Shown here in pieces: positions 61,062 through 64,000 of a DNA stretch of 64,000 bases. The notes under the pieces are model-generated. The model did no database searches, was not told the origin of the DNA, and saw only the letters and a program-made list of their open reading frames with translations. Origin of the DNA: an uncultured bacterium (GTDB lineage: Bacteria > Omnitrophota > Gorgyraeia > Ghiorseimicrobiales > Ghiorseimicrobiaceae); contig CAJVXN010000003.1 in assembly GCA_913009335.1 (NCBI GenBank), forward strand, positions 3,899-67,898, read 5' to 3'. Within the stretch, counting starts at the first letter, position 1. Each line of letters starts with the position of its first letter. The position numbers were made by a program, and so were the translations under genes.

Positions 61062-61940
61062 TCATTTCATATTTAAGCGTTTCATCGCCCATAGGCCCAA
61101 CTTTTCACAATATGCATCAATAGAGTGGTTCTTTACGCCTTCTTTTTTGTTTTTTAAAAAGCCTACCAATCGGAAAAATTCATTATAATTCTTGATAACT
61201 TTTACCCTGGTAAAACCGTCATTATATGGTGTCAAATATCGCATATCTCCATGGTGATCATAGCCAATGAATTTCTTGATAAAATTGCGAAGTTTTTTAC
61301 ATGGCAATAAACATAATAACTCAAAGATATATGTTGGCGGGCTAAATGGAACAATATCATGAGCGTTAACAATTCGGTAAATCGGTGCTTTTATGTCATC
61401 ATCAAATTCTTCATTTCCTACCTTAGGGCTACCAAACGTATAACAGGCCGCTAAATTATCATAATTTAACGCACGCGTAGCAATTAAAGCTAAAGCCCCT
61501 CCAAGCGAATGACCAGTTACATAAAGCGAAAAATCCTTGACGATATCAACCGCACTGCGAATATCATCTTCAACACATTTAAACGCTTGATAAAAACCAT
61601 TATGAACTTTTGCTCCGTTTTTATCCTGATAAAAATTTGCTTTCAAATCTGTAACAATATCTTTAATTTCTTTTATTTGTGTTCCTCTAAATGCAAGTAT
61701 TGCCATTTTATCACTATCTCTTTTCACCAAAAAAGCCTGCGTTGCATCGCGATTAAAAGTCTGAACGAGTTCAAAGTTAGCTTGAGATAGAGCTTCTTTT
61801 AACTCATTGCTATTTTTTTCAAATATCAAATAAGCTAGCTGAGACATTACCGCCATCAACCACGCTGTTCGATCACTATACGCTGCCCTTCTTATAGGTG
61901 GCGATAATAAATCTTTATGTGGAAAGTATAATTTACTCAT
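61062..61940 (-). CDS. Class 3 lipase-like alpha/beta hydrolase
   Basis: AFRGT, VHNGF, TGHSLGGALA, YTFGSPKVG, DIVP. Confidence 0.9.
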   Translation of the reverse strand: MSKLYFPHKDLLSPPIRRAAYSDRTAWLMAVMSQLAYLIFEKNSNELKEALSQANFELVQTFNRDATQAFLVKRDSDKMAILAFRGTQIKEIKDIVTDLKANFYQDKNGAKVHNGFYQAFKCVEDDIRSAVDIVKDFSLYVTGHSLGGALALIATRALNYDNLAACYTFGSPKVGNEEFDDDIKAPIYRIVNAHDIVPFSPPTYIFELLCLLPCKKLRNFIKKFIGYDHHGDMRYLTPYNDGFTRVKVIKNYNEFFRLVGFLKNKKEGVKNHSIDAYCEKLGLWAMKRLNMK

Positions 61941-62139
61941 CTCCCCCCCCTCCTATAACACTTTTTGAAAAATTAATCTTCTATAAACCAAGTTGCTTAA
62001 TCATTATACTGCTCGTGAATAATATCTGTCAATAGAAGTTAGGGAAAGCGGATTCGGAGCGCAAGAAACGGAAGACAGCGAAGCTGGCTGACGCCGAGCA
62101 CTGAAACCGCTCGGGTGGGTGAGGAATATAGGTTTTTGG

Positions 62140-62332
62140 CCGCACAAACAAACCCTCCAATCTTTCATATAGAATCTTCCTTATAATTCTGAAAATTAAA
62201 ATTCCGTTTTCTCGAGCAGCGGACGGTCGCACTCAAGAGTAGGCTTCGCACGCGCGGACGCTGCTCGAAATTTTAGCCAAAAAACTAGCCCTATCCTTAA
62301 GGATAGGGCTGACCATAAAGAATGCCTCCCCA
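62140..62332 (+). repeat. 28-bp direct repeat (copy 2) followed by a degenerate inverted copy of the recombinase 3' end
   Basis: Shares AAAATTCCGTTT.CTCGA, GCGGACGCTGCTCGAAATTT.AGCCAAAAAA.TAGCCCTATCCTTAAGGATAGGGCT with reverse complement of 55584-55705. Confidence 0.85.
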
Positions 62333-62827
62333 GAAACTCCCAAGATCAAACTATTGAGATAATTCTATCCAACTCAATACACGGCTGTAGGAATAATCTT
62401 TAGGCCCCGCCGCCCGTACATTCGTCGTTTTACTCCTCAGTATTTCCTTCGGTCACTGGGCGGGCTCGTTTATCTCCCGTTTCGTGGCTTTAAAATCAAC
62501 CAGATAGGTTGATTGAGCGGCATTTTCAAATTTCACAAGAATAGTGAAATTTGTGCCGCAAAACACCAATCAAGGCGCAAAAAAATATGGCGGCTGGGGT
62601 GCACTCAAGAGTAGGCTTCGCACCGGGACAGCCGCCATTTAAATTATCAATAACTACTTCGTCTATTATCTCAAGCTGGTTAGTTCCACTAGATTATGCA
62701 CAAACACCTTAACAACAGACTGAGCATAATAACCGGGGTTTTAGCAATATCCGCATCTTTTTTTATTCTGCGGCAGACTTCCTCATTTCAAAATCTGCTG
62801 ATTTCCTATAGTTTACTAAAATAATTA

Positions 62828-63202
62828 TTATTTCAAGTTTTCCCTGATGCAGACAAGAAGCTTATTATTATCTATAGGCTTAGATAAAAACGGATACCCT
62901 CCTATAAGGCCGCCATGGGAAGTCACCTGAGCTTCTTCGGCAATCGCAGTCAGAAATACAATCGGAATATCTTTAAAAACATTCTCTGATCTTAGTTTAT
63001 TGGCTACTTCACCACCATCCATATCCGGCATAACAACATCGAGCAATATCAAATCCGGATGAAATTCACGGACTGACTCAACAGCCTTACTTGAATCGTT
63101 CTCTACTCTTATTTCAAATTCTCCGGTGCCTTCAAGATACAGCCTTACCAAATTTGTAAAACCTACCTCGTCATCAACCAGTAGTATTTTTTTCTTTTCC
63201 AT
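62828..63202 (-). CDS. Single-domain response regulator
   Basis: ILLVDDE, DVVMPDMDG, FLTA, SKP. Confidence 0.92.
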   Translation of the reverse strand: MEKKKILLVDDEVGFTNLVRLYLEGTGEFEIRVENDSSKAVESVREFHPDLILLDVVMPDMDGGEVANKLRSENVFKDIPIVFLTAIAEEAQVTSHGGLIGGYPFLSKPIDNNKLLVCIRENLK

Positions 63203-63228
63203 GATAGCGTTACCTCCGTTTTATAATA

Positions 63229-64000
63229 TCAGGCTTTACTATGAAGTTTTAATATTATAGTCACCCTTGCCCCTTTAAGATCTTTCTTGTTTTCAATATA
63301 TATCGCGCCGTCATGCATGTCAATTATATTTTTTACCATAGACAATCCTAAACCGGTACCTCCTTTACCGCGGCGTGTTGTAAAAAACGGCTCAAATATC
63401 TTATCTATTATATCATCGGGGATGCCGCATCCTGTATCTTCAATCTCAACAACTGCTGCTGTTTCTCCAATCTTAAATGTATCACCTGCTCTGCGACCGA
63501 TATTTTGACCGTATCCAGCCATTTTATCTTTATAAATCCTTACTGTCAGCTTTCCTCCATCAGGCATTACATGAATAGCATTCATAATAATATTGGTAAA
63601 TGCCTGGTCCATCTTACCTACATCAACATCCACATAAGGAGCATCTTTATCATAATCCGTAACCAGCTTAATCTTATTTTCATCCATCTGCCTCTGTAAT
63701 AATACCAGCGAATTATATACTATGGAATTTAGACTTTCGGTTACAATCTCAAGTTTCGATATTCGAGAAAAATCCAACAGTCCCCTGACTATTGAATCAG
63801 CTCTTCGAATCGCAGTTTCTATCTCCTTTACAATCTGATTACTTTTTTGTTTATCGCCGAGTACATGCGGAAGATACTGAATCCCGGTAAGCATTATTGC
63901 CAAAGGATTTTTTACCTCGTGGGCTATCCCGCTTGCCAGCCGACCCACAGCACCCATCTTCTCTTCCTGAATAAGCTGAGCTTGAGTTTCTTTAAGTTTA
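63229..64000 (-). CDS. Sensor histidine kinase, C-terminal part (starts beyond window end)
   Basis: Frame open to window edge (LKETQAQLIQEEKM..); AHEVKNPL, DTGCGI, FEPFFTT, GTGLGL. Confidence 0.9.
   Translation of the reverse strand, partial: KLKETQAQLIQEEKMGAVGRLASGIAHEVKNPLAIMLTGIQYLPHVLGDKQKSNQIVKEIETAIRRADSIVRGLLDFSRISKLEIVTESLNSIVYNSLVLLQRQMDENKIKLVTDYDKDAPYVDVDVGKMDQAFTNIIMNAIHVMPDGGKLTVRIYKDKMAGYGQNIGRRAGDTFKIGETAAVVEIEDTGCGIPDDIIDKIFEPFFTTRRGKGGTGLGLSMVKNIIDMHDGAIYIENKKDLKGARVTIILKLHSKA

Larger units (their letters stand above)
55570..62340. mobile_element. Serine-recombinase defence island
   Basis: Recombinase, defence cargo, ~120-bp inverted repeat at the ends (55584-55705 vs 62190-62332). 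Confidence 0.7.

Noticed and set aside
62029-62232. 67-aa ORF
   Set aside because: Made of repeat and recombinase-remnant DNA; no coding evidence

Overview
AT-rich bacterial chromosome segment. Gene content and style suggest Ca. Omnitrophota or a related PVC-group lineage, which is inference only. Left to right: (1) 1-10.3 kb, a minus-strand operon mixing lipid enzymes (PlsC, a START/SRPBCC-acyl-ACP-reductase fusion, a methyltransferase-FabK/NMO fusion, an atypical aldehyde dehydrogenase) with two 7TM sensor kinases and two receivers. (2) 10.3-18.7 kb, three type IV pilins, two GT-C/TPR proteins, an LTA-synthase-family gene and a c-di-GMP-I riboswitch. (3) 18.7-45.4 kb, housekeeping genes (rluD, lgt, lspA, dksA-like, ileS, mtnP, proC, yggS) and a dcw cluster mraZ..ftsA with no ftsZ after ftsA. 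(4) 46-55.5 kb, a Gld-like ABC transporter, an NMO/FabK paralog, a lemA-TPM-NTase cluster and an EF-hand membrane protein. (5) 55.6-62.4 kb, a large-serine-recombinase defence island (C-protein, DUF262, HEPN, DpnI-like, lipase 3) with internal direct and inverted repeats and three copies of an unannotated pseudoknot/terminator RNA-like motif. (6) a receiver and a partial kinase. Several small palindromic repeat families are scattered through the window, some inserted in frame in genes; one family brackets a GIY-YIG nuclease gene. All family assignments come from recognising motifs by eye, not from database searches.
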